In this document: piece after piece, positions 1-11,324 of the stretch | Layout of the letters: the number at the start of each line of letters is the position of its first letter | Numbering within the stretch: position 1 is the first letter of the stretch | NCBI GenBank assembly: GCA_041576165.1 | Contig: JBFGLM010000019.1 | Location: 1-64,000 of the forward strand | Direction of reading: 5' to 3' | Length of the DNA stretch: 64,000 nt | DNA from: Acidimicrobiia bacterium | Lineage (GTDB): Bacteria; Actinomycetota; Acidimicrobiia; Spongiisociales; Spongiisociaceae | The notes under the pieces: model-generated | The model's database searches: none | What the model was told of the DNA's origin: nothing | The model's input: only the letters and a program-made list of their open reading frames with translations | Made by a program: the position numbers and the translations under genes

Positions 1-861
1 GCAAGCGAAGTGCTGATCGAAGTGGAGATTCCGCGCGGCGGTCGCCGCCGCGCGCAGGTCAACCGCCAGCGTCTGGGTCGGGTGGCCGACCTACTGGGTC
101 ATGTCCGCAGTGTTGTGTTTCTTCCCGACGATCTGGACATCGTGAAACGGAGCCCCTCATACCGTCGTGATTTCTACGACGAAACCGCAGTGCAGATCTG
201 GCCGGTCGCCGCCGGCGATCAGCAGGACTACGAGCGGGCCCTGCGGCAAAGAAACACTCTCCTGAAGCAAGGAGGCCGGGAGACGGACCGAGTCACACTG
301 TCGGTGTGGAACGAACGTTTGTCACAGGCGGGGGGCAAGCTGATGGCGAGGCGCCGCGACGCGATCTATGCGATCGCCGAGGAGGCCCAACGCGTGTACA
401 ACCATTTGGCGTCGACCGATCTCGAGGTGCGGATCGACTATCAAGCAACCTGGGGTGCAGATCTGGCCGGCACTGCACCGTCGTACTCGGAACTGCTTCG
501 GTCGGCCCTGGCCGAATCGGAGCGGGCCGACCTCGAGCGGCGGGTCACGACGATGGGGCCACATCGGGATGATCCTGTGATCCGTCTCGGGGGTCGTGAC
601 ACCCGTACCCGCGCGTCGCAGGGCGAGCAGCGAACCCTGGCGCTTGCCATGCGGATTGCCGCCCACCGGGCCGTGGAACAAGCGATCGGAGAGCCGCCGC
701 TGTTGTTGCTGGATGACGTGTTCTCCGAGCTAGACATGGCTCGGGCCAAGGCGTTGGCCGCGGCGCTCCCGCAGGCTCAGACATTCATCACCACAGCCCG
801 TGATGAGGAGGTGCCGGTGGCCGGGCGACTCTGGATCGTTGACGGGGGTTCGTTGCGGTGA
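1..861 (+). CDS. recF: DNA replication/repair protein RecF (5'-truncated by window edge)
   Basis: C-terminal RecF motifs GPHRDD, ASQGEQRT and LLLDDVFSELD; canonical recF-DUF721-gyrB-gyrA synteny. Confidence 0.95.
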   Translation, partial: ASEVLIEVEIPRGGRRRAQVNRQRLGRVADLLGHVRSVVFLPDDLDIVKRSPSYRRDFYDETAVQIWPVAAGDQQDYERALRQRNTLLKQGGRETDRVTLSVWNERLSQAGGKLMARRRDAIYAIAEEAQRVYNHLASTDLEVRIDYQATWGADLAGTAPSYSELLRSALAESERADLERRVTTMGPHRDDPVIRLGGRDTRTRASQGEQRTLALAMRIAAHRAVEQAIGEPPLLLLDDVFSELDMARAKALAAALPQAQTFITTARDEEVPVAGRLWIVDGGSLR

Positions 862-1202
862 CGGGCGAGCTGCGCAGCCTGACCGATCTGTTGTCGTCGA
901 CCCTGGCCGGGCTGGGCGTGGACGACCTGCCGATGCTGCTGACCCTCATCGATGAGTGGCCGGATCTCGTCGCAGCGCCCTGGGCCGAGCACTCGCGACC
1001 CGTGATCATGCGACAAGGAACCTTGATAGTAGAGGCTCTCAGCGCAAGCGCGGTGCGGCTGCTGCGCTACGGCGAGCAGGATCTGGTTCGCGTCTTGCAG
1101 GCCCGGTTCGGGGCGCGATCGATCACTGCCGTCGAGGTAGTGGCGCCATCTCGACCCGGGGCGTCCGGGAATCACAAAACCCCTGGTCAAAGGGGTTTTT
1201 GA
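858..1202 (+). CDS. DUF721/DciA family protein
   Basis: 114 aa with W-x-x-LV...AEHSRPV...GTLIV pattern; start overlaps the recF stop (GTGA); typical position between recF and gyrB. Confidence 0.85.
   Translation: MTGELRSLTDLLSSTLAGLGVDDLPMLLTLIDEWPDLVAAPWAEHSRPVIMRQGTLIVEALSASAVRLLRYGEQDLVRVLQARFGARSITAVEVVAPSRPGASGNHKTPGQRGF
1176..1200. terminator. Bidirectional-type hairpin at the end of the DUF721 gene
   Basis: AAAACCCCT-ggtcaa-AGGGGTTTT(T) inverted repeat with A/T tails. Confidence 0.55.
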
Positions 1203-1216
1203 GGGCCCTCCAAAGC

Positions 1217-1258
1217 TTGGGTCAGTTCGGGAAACCGACTATACTTACACATGTGTAA
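1217..1258 (+). promoter_or_regulatory. Candidate sigma-A promoter with overlapping 14-bp palindrome
   Basis: TTGGGT (1217-1222), 17-bp spacer, TATACT (1240-1245); perfect palindrome TTACACATGTGTAA at 1245-1258 in an unusually AT-rich patch. Confidence 0.5.
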
Positions 1259-1273
1259 AACGGACCGCGGCGG

Positions 1274-1296
1274 GGGCCACGCGAATGGCCCTTTTT
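1274..1296 (+). terminator. Intrinsic terminator-like hairpin in the gyrB upstream region
   Basis: GGGCCA-cgcgaa-TGGCCC followed by a T run. Confidence 0.5.
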
Positions 1297-1361
1297 CGTG
1301 TCCAGCCGAAACGCAACCTGGAGGAACGTGGAGGTGCGTGCCTGAGCACGTTCATCAAGCT

Positions 1362-1413
1362 GGCCGACCAGCAGGGCCGACCAGCAGGGCCGACCAGCAG
1401 GGCCGACCAGCAG
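1362..1413. repeat. Tandem repeat, 4 perfect copies of the 13-mer GGCCGACCAGCAG
   Basis: Copies at 1362, 1375, 1388 and 1401; no spacers. Confidence 0.95.
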
Positions 1414-1625
1414 GGTTAGCCACCAGGGTTCATCAACGGTCAGGCACCAGACCCGCGTGCTTTGGGTACGCCGGAGGTCCAGACCTGCGGTGGTTGTGCG
1501 TGAGACCCACCGGTGGTGGGCCGGGGCGAATCGACACCGCCTCGACGTGACGTCGGGATAGCCCATGAGGCGGTGAAACGGTCGGACAGTCCGACCGGGC
1601 CCCCGGCTGAGCGGAGTCCATATGA

Positions 1626-3596
<1,971 letters not shown>

Positions 3597-3612
3597 GACC
3601 CAGGAGAACCAC

Positions 3613-6060
3613 GTGGCAGACGACATCACAACCATGGAGGGCGTCCCAGAGCGTCCTGCGATCGACATCAACGACGAAATGGCGAAGTCGTTCGTGGACT
3701 ACGCGATGTCGGTCATCGTCTCGCGGGCGCTCCCCGACGTGCGGGACGGCCTCAAGCCGGTGCAACGGCGGATCATCTATGCGATGGATGATCTCGGGAT
3801 TGGGCCGGCGTCGCCACATCGCAAGAGCGCCACGGTGGTCGGTGAGGTCATCGGCAAATATCATCCGCACTCCAACGATGCGATCTACGACGCTCTCGTG
3901 CGAATGGGGCAGGACTTCTCGCTTCGCTATCCGCTCATCCACCCCCAGGGCAACTTCGGCACCACCGATGATCCGCCGGCGGCGATGCGCTACACCGAAT
4001 GCCGGATGGAGCAGATCACCACGGCACTGCTCGACGGCATCGATGAGAACACGGTCGATTTCGACGACAACTACAACGGTGAGGAGTCGGAGCCGATCGT
4101 GCTGCCGGCTCGCTTCCCCAACTTGCTGGTCAACGGCTCGCAAGGCATTGCCGTCGGGATGGCCACGAACATCGCGCCCCACAACCTGGGCGAGGTGATC
4201 GACGCCTGCCTTTTCGGTCTCGAAAACCCGGACGCAGGCCCCGAGGACTATCTATCGATCGTCAAAGGGCCCGACTTCCCGACCGGTGGCTACATCGTCG
4301 GCACGAAGGGGATCAAAGAGGCTCTGGTATCCGGCCGCGGGTCCATAAAGATGCGAGCCGTCACCGATGTGCAGGAAGTGCGAAAGGGCCGAACGGCCAT
4401 CGTCGTCACCGAGCTGCCATATCAGGTGTCCCAGGATCGGCTGCTGGCCAAGATCGCCGAGTTGGTGAACGACAAGAAGATCAGCGGGATTGCGGATCTG
4501 CGCAACGAGTCCGATTCGCGCACCGGGATGCGGCTTGTCATCGAGCTCAAACGGGACGCAGTACCGCAGGTGGTCCTGAACCAGCTAATCAAGATGACGC
4601 AGTTGCAGGACAGCTTCGGAGTCAACACCGTTGCGCTGGTCGACGGGGTGCCACGCACCCTGAACATCGCCGAACTGATCGGCTACTACCTCGACCATCA
4701 GATGGAGGTGATCGAGCGACGGACCCAGTTCCGGCTCGAGAAGGCCGAAACCGAGGCGCACATCCTCGAAGGCTTGATCATCGCCGTCGACAACATCGAT
4801 GAGGTCATAGCGATGATTCGGGCGTCGGATGACGTCGACTCCGCCCGCCGCGCCTTGATGGAGCGGTTCGAGCTTTCTGAGCGGCAGGCGCGGGCAATCC
4901 TCGACATGCCGCTCCGGCGCCTGACGTCGCTAGAGACGAACAAGCTCCGGGAGCGCTATCAGGAGCTGCAGGCCCTCATCAAGGAACTCCAGGAGATCCT
5001 GGCCGACCCGGCCAGGCGGCGGGGCCTCATCGCTTCCGAGCTTGGCGAGATTCGGGAGAAGTTCGCCGACGAACGCAAGACCCGCATCGTGCCCGACGAA
5101 GGTGACATGTCACTGGAGGACCTGATCGCCGACGACGAGCTCGTGGTCACCGTGTCGGCCAACGGTTACGTGAAGTCGGTTCCGGCCAACACGTACCGGG
5201 CGCAAGGTAGGGGCGGTCGCGGTGTGAGGGGCGCTGAGATGCGCGAGGACGACGTGCTGGAGCACGTGCTGCACACTACTGCGCATGCCTATCTGCTCTT
5301 CTTCACCAACCAGGGCAAGGTCCACCGCATCAAGGCGCACGAGATTCCGCGCCAGCAGCGAACGTCGAAGGGGGTGATGGCCCAGTCGGTGTTGCCGCTC
5401 GAGCCGGAAGAGCGAATCAGAGCCATCGTTGACACCCGTGACTATGAGACTGCCAAATACCTCGTGATGGTGACCCGCCAGGGCCAAGCCAAGAAGACGC
5501 CGTTCCGTGAGTACGACAGCCGTAATGCGACGTTGATCGCCATCAACCTGGCGGAGGATGACGAGGTTGTCGAGGTCCGCACCACCAGCGGCGACAACGA
5601 GATACTGATCTTCACCAAACAGGGCCAAGGCATCCGGTTCGCCGAGAGCGATCTGCGTCCGATGGGCCGAGCCACGCAGGGTGTACGCGGCATCAAACTG
5701 AAGCAAGACGACGCGGTGGTGGCGGCCGCCGCCAATGTCGACGGCGATGAGGTGTTGCTCCTGACATCCGGTGGGTACGGGAAGCGCACGCATATGGACC
5801 AGTTCCCGCTGCAGAAGCGGGGGGGAATGGGCGTGAAAGCCATCAAACTGACCCGGGTCCGCGGCACACTGGTGGGCGCAAAAGCCGTAGACGGCGACGG
5901 GCAGATCTTTGTCACGTCGTCGGACGGGATCGTGATCCGGATGGACGTCAAGTCGATCAGCCGCCAGAAGCGCGATGCCAGCGGCGTCAAGGTCATGAAC
6001 GTGGGCGAAGGCACCGCTCTGACTGCATTCGCCCGAGTTCCGAGCGACGAGGTGCTGTAG
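3613..6060 (+). CDS. gyrA: DNA gyrase subunit A
   Basis: RALPDVRDGLKPVQRR, catalytic AAMRYTE, GIAVGMAT, GyrA-box QGRGGRG and C-terminal pinwheel repeats. Confidence 0.98.
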   Translation: MADDITTMEGVPERPAIDINDEMAKSFVDYAMSVIVSRALPDVRDGLKPVQRRIIYAMDDLGIGPASPHRKSATVVGEVIGKYHPHSNDAIYDALVRMGQDFSLRYPLIHPQGNFGTTDDPPAAMRYTECRMEQITTALLDGIDENTVDFDDNYNGEESEPIVLPARFPNLLVNGSQGIAVGMATNIAPHNLGEVIDACLFGLENPDAGPEDYLSIVKGPDFPTGGYIVGTKGIKEALVSGRGSIKMRAVTDVQEVRKGRTAIVVTELPYQVSQDRLLAKIAELVNDKKISGIADLRNESDSRTGMRLVIELKRDAVPQVVLNQLIKMTQLQDSFGVNTVALVDGVPRTLNIAELIGYYLDHQMEVIERRTQFRLEKAETEAHILEGLIIAVDNIDEVIAMIRASDDVDSARRALMERFELSERQARAILDMPLRRLTSLETNKLRERYQELQALIKELQEILADPARRRGLIASELGEIREKFADERKTRIVPDEGDMSLEDLIADDELVVTVSANGYVKSVPANTYRAQGRGGRGVRGAEMREDDVLEHVLHTTAHAYLLFFTNQGKVHRIKAHEIPRQQRTSKGVMAQSVLPLEPEERIRAIVDTRDYETAKYLVMVTRQGQAKKTPFREYDSRNATLIAINLAEDDEVVEVRTTSGDNEILIFTKQGQGIRFAESDLRPMGRATQGVRGIKLKQDDAVVAAAANVDGDEVLLLTSGGYGKRTHMDQFPLQKRGGMGVKAIKLTRVRGTLVGAKAVDGDGQIFVTSSDGIVIRMDVKSISRQKRDASGVKVMNVGEGTALTAFARVPSDEVL

Positions 6061-6133
6061 TGATCGTCGGGAACTTGCGTCCCCTCGGTGAACGTTTCAC
6101 TCGCTTGAGGCGGAAACCCCTGGAGAACTGGGC

Positions 6134-6541
6134 ATGACCACGGCCGTTCCCACAACACGGCGCAGGGTGCGGAGAATCGTCCGCAAGGTCGACCCGTGGA
6201 CGATTCTCAAGGTCGGCAGCATCTTCTTCCTAATCGCAGGATTGGCTATCGTGCTGCTTTCGATCATCGCATGGACGATCGTCACGAATCTCGGTCTCCT
6301 CGACACCATCGACAGCGTGGCGCGAGACGTCAGCTTCATCGAGGCGAACGAGTCTCTGTTCCGCAGCGGCGAGCAGTACTTTCGGGTGGTCGTGTTTTTT
6401 GCGTTTGCGTGGAGTGTCATGATGACCGGAATGGCGACCCTGGGCGCCGTTGCCTACAACCTGGTGTCCGACATCGTCGGCGGCCTCGAGTTCTCCGTAA
6501 TGGAGGACGTTCCGGTCAGCCAGCTGCCGGAGCTGCCGTGA
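6134..6541 (+). CDS. DUF3566 family membrane protein
   Basis: RKVDPWTILK...YNLVSDIVGGLE signature, two TM segments, directly after gyrA. Confidence 0.88.
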   Translation: MTTAVPTTRRRVRRIVRKVDPWTILKVGSIFFLIAGLAIVLLSIIAWTIVTNLGLLDTIDSVARDVSFIEANESLFRSGEQYFRVVVFFAFAWSVMMTGMATLGAVAYNLVSDIVGGLEFSVMEDVPVSQLPELP

Positions 6542-6572
6542 TGCGCCGCTCACGGACCCGGAACAGCTGCTG

Positions 6573-7169
6573 ATGGCCCAGGTTCGCCGGATTCGTCGCG
6601 TCATCCGCAAGTTCGATCCGTGGACCGTGCTCAAGGTCTCGTTGCTGTTCCATGTCGTCGTGACCATCGGCCTGATTCTCGGCTTCGTCATTCTCTGGTC
6701 CGTCATCCTCAACGTCGGCATCCCACAGGCGCTGGACAGTTTCTTCGAGAACATCACCCTGCTGGAACCGGACCTGTCGTTCTTCAACAACGGCCGTCAG
6801 TACTTCCGGGTCGTGATCTTCCTGGGCATGATCTGGACGGTGGCCATGACGGTCGCCACCACGCTCGCCGCCATCCTGTACAACTTGATCTCCGACGTCG
6901 TAGGTGGCGTCGAGGTGGTCATGCTGGAGGAGAGCCTGCGAGTTTCGACGCCCGTCACCGGCACCCCGCCGGTCCGCCCCGCCCAGGCCTGGACTGCACC
7001 CGGCGCACCGGATCCCAGGCACGCCGACATCCCTACCGAGACGCAGGCGGTCATCGGTGCAGGCGGTCCGCTGCACCAGCCCCCGGCTGACGCCGCCGAA
7101 TCGGACGAGACCGGGGAGTTGGTCAGGGACGAGCTCGACGACGTCGCTCCCGTCTCGAGCAAGGACTGA
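6573..7169 (+). CDS. DUF3566 family membrane protein (second copy, Pro/acidic C-tail)
   Basis: RKFDPWTVLK...YNLISDVVGGVE. Confidence 0.88.
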   Translation: MAQVRRIRRVIRKFDPWTVLKVSLLFHVVVTIGLILGFVILWSVILNVGIPQALDSFFENITLLEPDLSFFNNGRQYFRVVIFLGMIWTVAMTVATTLAAILYNLISDVVGGVEVVMLEESLRVSTPVTGTPPVRPAQAWTAPGAPDPRHADIPTETQAVIGAGGPLHQPPADAAESDETGELVRDELDDVAPVSSKD

Positions 7170-7229
7170 TGCCCCGAGGACGGGCCCGCCCGGCCCGCCT
7201 GCAGCTCACCTCACGCCGATCTACCGCTC

Positions 7230-7970
7230 CTACGCTTGCGTGAACGTGGCTGCCTCGAGCCCGGCGCGCCGCACGGCTCGTAGATAGGACCCGCCCGGGT
7301 CGGCGGGGGAGCAGAAGCCGGACCCATATCCACCTTCGGCCGCGGCGATTGCGGCGCCCGCCACCATGACTGCGGCCAGGAAGTCACCGTCGTCCACCAC
7401 AGCCGTCGTGGTGGTCTGTAAGCCGGATTCGGTCATTGTCGTGACCCGAGCGAGGGCACCGGTCCATGGTCCCGGACCGGGGGCCTCCAGCGCCCTGTGG
7501 ACGCCGGCTTCTTTCACCGCTGTCTCCCCGGCCCAGCGCGCGCCGATGGGAGCGGGAAAGGTGACCGCCTGGCCGCGCCGGCGCGGTCGACCCTCCCGCG
7601 CCCATGCGATGGTCACCTCGACTGCCTCAGCGGCGGATCCGGCGGTGGATATCGCCAGCGCGTGGGCCAGACCTCGTGGGTTGGCCGCGTCGCCGACGAT
7701 CGCGCACAAGCAATGCTCGACCGCAGGTGGCTCGTCCAAGGTCACTATGTCGGTGCGCAGGGCCAGTGCTTCCTCGAACAACTCCGACCCGCGCCGGTCC
7801 AACCGGTCGATCAGTACGACGTCGTAGCCGTCCACTGAGTCGATTCTCTCGACCTTGGGATGGCGCACGTCTTCGCCTACTACGCCAAGCTGATCGAGGT
7901 GGCGCTCAGCGAGCAGGACCCGGCCGAGGCGCACGCCGAACGTGTCGTGACCGTACAGAGCGATGCGCAC
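7230..7970 (-). CDS. Hypothetical protein with Rossmann-like N-terminus
   Basis: MRIALYGHDTFG beta-alpha-like start; ORF composition looks coding; no specific family recognised. Confidence 0.6.
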   Translation of the reverse strand: MRIALYGHDTFGVRLGRVLLAERHLDQLGVVGEDVRHPKVERIDSVDGYDVVLIDRLDRRGSELFEEALALRTDIVTLDEPPAVEHCLCAIVGDAANPRGLAHALAISTAGSAAEAVEVTIAWAREGRPRRRGQAVTFPAPIGARWAGETAVKEAGVHRALEAPGPGPWTGALARVTTMTESGLQTTTTAVVDDGDFLAAVMVAGAAIAAAEGGYGSGFCSPADPGGSYLRAVRRAGLEAATFTQA

Positions 7971-7974
7971 GGCG

Positions 7975-8112
7975 TCAGCGCTCGCTGCCTACGTGGTCGG
8001 CAGGTTTCCAGTTGCCGGATTCGGCGCTCGGTGGACGGGGCTGCTGCAGCTTCCACGCGACCAGCGCCGCGGCGGCGGCCGCGAGCACGGCGGCGATCTG
8101 TGCGGGTTTCAT
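7975..8112 (-). CDS. Small single-pass membrane protein (45 aa)
   Basis: MKPAQIAAVLAAAAAALVAWKLQQ...: basic N-terminus, hydrophobic helix, polar tail; stop lies 4 nt before the next gene's start. Confidence 0.6.
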   Translation of the reverse strand: MKPAQIAAVLAAAAAALVAWKLQQPRPPSAESGNWKPADHVGSER

Positions 8113-8233
8113 GAACGTCGAGTGTATCGGCCGCCGGGATCTGCGGATGCCTCGATCCCGCCGCGCAGCCGGACCGTGCGGGAAGGTGCGGCTGGCGGCT
8201 ACCTCCGCCGTGGACTCGGCACCCTGGCCGGTT

Positions 8234-9013
8234 TCAGCGACTGCGGGCCGGAGCCGGCACGACGACGATCCCGTCTTCGATCTCCACCACCCGGACGTGC
8301 GCGTCGTAGTACTTCTCGATGTTGTGCTCGGTGAGGACGCTGCGGGCATCTCCCTCGGCCACCACCAGTCCTTCGGACAGGAGCACCAGCCGGTCCGAGA
8401 ACTGGCCCGCCAGAGTCAGATCATGCATGGCGCTGACGATGGTCACGGGCCGGTGTGCCCGGATTGCCCCGATCAAATCCAGGGCCGTCTGGCGGTGACC
8501 GATGTCGAGTGCGCTGGTCGGTTCGTCCAGGAGCAGGATGCTGGGTTCCTGTGCGAGGGCCCTCGCCAGGGTCACCCGCTGCCGCTCACCGCCGCTCAAG
8601 TCGCTCAACATCCGGTTGGCCAGCGACCGCAACTCCAGGACCTCCATCGCCGATAACGCCGTCGAGAGATCGTGGCGGCTTTCACTGCCCAGGTACGGGA
8701 GGTACGGCGTGCGGCCCAGCAACACATACTCGGTGACCGTCATTCCCGCCGGCATCACCGGCTCCTGGGCCACAAAGGCCACCAGCTGGGAGAGCTGACG
8801 GCGCGCAAGCGTTGCGATGGGTGTCCCGTCGAGTTCGATCTCGCCGTCGGCGGGGATGAGCCCAGCCAGGGCCCGGAGCAACGATGATTTGCCCGCGCCG
8901 TTGGGACCGATCAGCCCGACCCACTCGTTGGTAGCTACCTCCACGGTCACCGCGTCGACGACCGCCTGGCCCGGTGTGTAGGCCACCGTGAGTCGGCGGG
9001 CCCCGACACTCAT
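8234..9013 (-). CDS. Cobalamin/iron-chelate ABC transporter ATP-binding protein (BtuD-like)
   Basis: Start MSVGARRL overlaps the permease stop (ATGA); GPNGAGKS, LSGGERQR, LLLDEPT, MHDL. Confidence 0.92.
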   Translation of the reverse strand: MSVGARRLTVAYTPGQAVVDAVTVEVATNEWVGLIGPNGAGKSSLLRALAGLIPADGEIELDGTPIATLARRQLSQLVAFVAQEPVMPAGMTVTEYVLLGRTPYLPYLGSESRHDLSTALSAMEVLELRSLANRMLSDLSGGERQRVTLARALAQEPSILLLDEPTSALDIGHRQTALDLIGAIRAHRPVTIVSAMHDLTLAGQFSDRLVLLSEGLVVAEGDARSVLTEHNIEKYYDAHVRVVEIEDGIVVVPAPARSR

Positions 9014-10071
9014 CCGATGTACCTGCGGCTGGTGCGCAGCACCACCGCGAAGAAGGGTGCCCCGAGGAACGCCGTTATCACGCCGATCGGCAGCTCGGCG
9101 GGTGTTGCCACGGTTCGGGCCGCGAGGTCGGCCAGGATCAAGAACGCGGCACCGAACACCATCGAGAGTGGGATCAGAGATCGGTAGCTGACCCCGACCA
9201 TCAACCGCACCGCATGCGGCACCACGATGCCGACAAACGCAATGAGTCCGCTCACCGCTACCGCTGCGGCGGTGCCCAGCGTGGCAAAGATGATGACGAT
9301 CACCCGGACCCGACCCGAGTGGATGCCGAGGCTGTCCGCTTCTTCGTCGCCGACGCTCATGACGTCGAGCAGCCGGCGGTGGAGCAGGAGCACCACTGAG
9401 CAGACAGTCACGTACGGCAAGAGCACCAGCACCTCGTCCCAGCCGGTTGTCGACAGCCGGCCCAATATCCACGTGTACACCTGGCGGAGAGCGTCGGAGT
9501 TGCGCTGTTGAATGTACGTCTGCAGCGCCGTGAAGAACGCGGCCACTGCAATCCCGGCCAGGATGAGGGTCACAGAGCTCCGGCCTCCGACGGAGCGTCC
9601 GATGAGATACGTGACCAATACCGCCAGCAGAGCGCCGGCGAACGCTGCCAGCGGGAGCAGCCCCGTCCCGGAGCCCGGCTGGTAGGCGATGATCAGGGTC
9701 GCGCCCAGGCCGCCCCCGGCAGCGACGCCCAGGAGATACGGATCTGCCAGCGGGTTCCGGAAGACCCCCTGGTAGGAGGCGCCAGCCACCGCCAGCATGC
9801 CACCGACCAGTCCGCCCAGCACCACTCGCGGAACCCGGATCTCCCACAGGATCGCCTGCTGGGTCTGTGTCAGTTCCGACGGCCGATCGATCAGCAGCAG
9901 CGTCCCCAACAGCTCCCGTATGACCTCGATCGGATGCAGCCCGGCCGGGCCGAGGCTAGATCCGACCAATACCGCGACGGCCAGGACGCCCAACCCGAGC
10001 GCCATCCACCGCCACTTCAAGCGAACTGACGCCCGCTCCAGCGCGAGCTCGGACGTGCCGGAGAGTGCCAT
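9010..10071 (-). CDS. Cobalamin/iron-chelate ABC transporter permease (FecCD/BtuC family)
   Basis: IRVPRV, FRNPLADPYLLG, GDEEADSLG, IAFVGIVVPH, ELPIGVIT. Confidence 0.93.
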   Translation of the reverse strand: MALSGTSELALERASVRLKWRWMALGLGVLAVAVLVGSSLGPAGLHPIEVIRELLGTLLLIDRPSELTQTQQAILWEIRVPRVVLGGLVGGMLAVAGASYQGVFRNPLADPYLLGVAAGGGLGATLIIAYQPGSGTGLLPLAAFAGALLAVLVTYLIGRSVGGRSSVTLILAGIAVAAFFTALQTYIQQRNSDALRQVYTWILGRLSTTGWDEVLVLLPYVTVCSVVLLLHRRLLDVMSVGDEEADSLGIHSGRVRVIVIIFATLGTAAAVAVSGLIAFVGIVVPHAVRLMVGVSYRSLIPLSMVFGAAFLILADLAARTVATPAELPIGVITAFLGAPFFAVVLRTSRRYIG

Positions 10072-11070
10072 CTATGCCGCGGCCTCCTCCATTCCAGCCA
10101 GCGAGTCGCCGATCAGGCCCACGAAGTCCACTAGGCGCGGGCCCCAGCGACTGATGATGTCATCGTCGAGCTCAAAGAGCGCCCCGGATTCCACCGCAGT
10201 TATCCGCTCCCAACCAGGCCGTTCGGCGATCGATTCCGCCGAGGTCCCGCACCAGACCGCGCAACCGTAGAAGATCAGGTCGGGGTCGGACTCGATGATG
10301 AACTCTTCCGACAACTGCGGAAACCCGCTCCCGTTGCCATCGGCCGGGTCGGCAATGTTCCGCAGTCCGAACAGCCCGTAGATACTCCCGATGAACGTGT
10401 TCGAGGTTGCCGAAAACAACGTGTTGTCAACCTCGTGGTAGTAGGTGAGGGAGCCGTCGGGTATCCGGTATGAGTCGACCAGCTGGCTGATACTTGCCGA
10501 CATGTCTTCGATCAGCGCTTCGGCTTCTCCCACGTGGCCGGTCGCAGCGCCGAGCTCCCGGAGTTGGGCGTAGCTGTCTTCGATGTTCGTGGCCGCAACG
10601 TGGCGGATCACGGGTATCTCGAGAGCCTCGAGTCCGCTGGTGAAACTGCCCGGGTCGTGGAAGATGACGACCAGGTCGGGTTCGAGGGCGGCAACGGCTT
10701 CAACGCTGGGCTCGAACGCGCTCAAGTCGGTGACCGGTGCTTCCGGCGGATGATCCGAGAATGAGTCAACCGCGATGACTTGATCACCCGCTCCGATTGC
10801 GAACAACATCTCGGTAGATGTCGAGGACATCGAGATGATGGCTTCCGGTCGATCAGGAATCTCGGTCCCGGCGACATTCACCGGGAAACCGCCGGCCACT
10901 GTTGCGACCGTGGTGGCGGTCGTAGTCGTGGTGGCCGCAGTGGTGACTGCCGTGGTCTCCACTGCGGTGGTTTCGGTGGCGGCCGACGTGACCTCGGCAG
11001 TTTGATCGGTCCCCCCGCAAGCTGCTGTCAGCAGCGCGCAAGAGACCACGAGCGCAACGCTTCGTCGCAT
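10072..11070 (-). CDS. Cobalamin ABC transporter substrate-binding lipoprotein (BtuF-like)
   Basis: Lipobox LTAAC, Thr-rich linker, STEMLFAIG, SVEAVAALEPDLV, SRWGPR; downstream of a B12 riboswitch. Confidence 0.9.
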   Translation of the reverse strand: MRRSVALVVSCALLTAACGGTDQTAEVTSAATETTAVETTAVTTAATTTTTATTVATVAGGFPVNVAGTEIPDRPEAIISMSSTSTEMLFAIGAGDQVIAVDSFSDHPPEAPVTDLSAFEPSVEAVAALEPDLVVIFHDPGSFTSGLEALEIPVIRHVAATNIEDSYAQLRELGAATGHVGEAEALIEDMSASISQLVDSYRIPDGSLTYYHEVDNTLFSATSNTFIGSIYGLFGLRNIADPADGNGSGFPQLSEEFIIESDPDLIFYGCAVWCGTSAESIAERPGWERITAVESGALFELDDDIISRWGPRLVDFVGLIGDSLAGMEEAAA

Positions 11071-11147
11071 GTAAAAACACCCTCCTGTGGAGGATGAAGA
11101 GAGTTCGCCGGTTGCCCGTACGAGCCGCCCTTCCTCCGAGGACCTGT

Positions 11148-11262
11148 TCGTAGCCGATGGGCAGGCGACCTGGCTCGTCCTCCGTCAGGAGGCTTCACAG
11201 TTGCGGGACAGCGCCGGATTCTCACCGGACTTCGCTGACACCAGCGGCTCCCGGCTGTGTCT
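11148..11262 (-). ncRNA. Cobalamin riboswitch
   Basis: Minus strand reads GAAGTCCGGTGAGAATCCGGCGCTGTCCCGCAACTGTGA...GAGCCAGGTCGCCTGCC, matching the B12-element core; upstream of the btuF-like gene. Boundaries approximate. Confidence 0.92.
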
Positions 11263-11324
11263 CCGGGCTGCAGTCGATTGTAGAGATACGGCCAAGCGGG
11301 TGCCACAGCACCGTGCACCCACCA

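Noticed and set aside
1245-1258. Palindrome as a parS site
   Set aside because: It has two extra central bases relative to the GTTnCACGTGnAAC parS consensus.
1362-1413. 13-mer repeats as a CRISPR array or oriC unwinding element
   Set aside because: No spacers and no cas genes; the repeats are GC-rich, unlike AT-rich DUE 13-mers, and no DnaA-box cluster was seen.
6088-6100. GTGAACGTTTCAC near-palindrome after gyrA as parS or an operator
   Set aside because: Half-sites are in the wrong order for parS and the symmetry is imperfect; a single occurrence is too weak.
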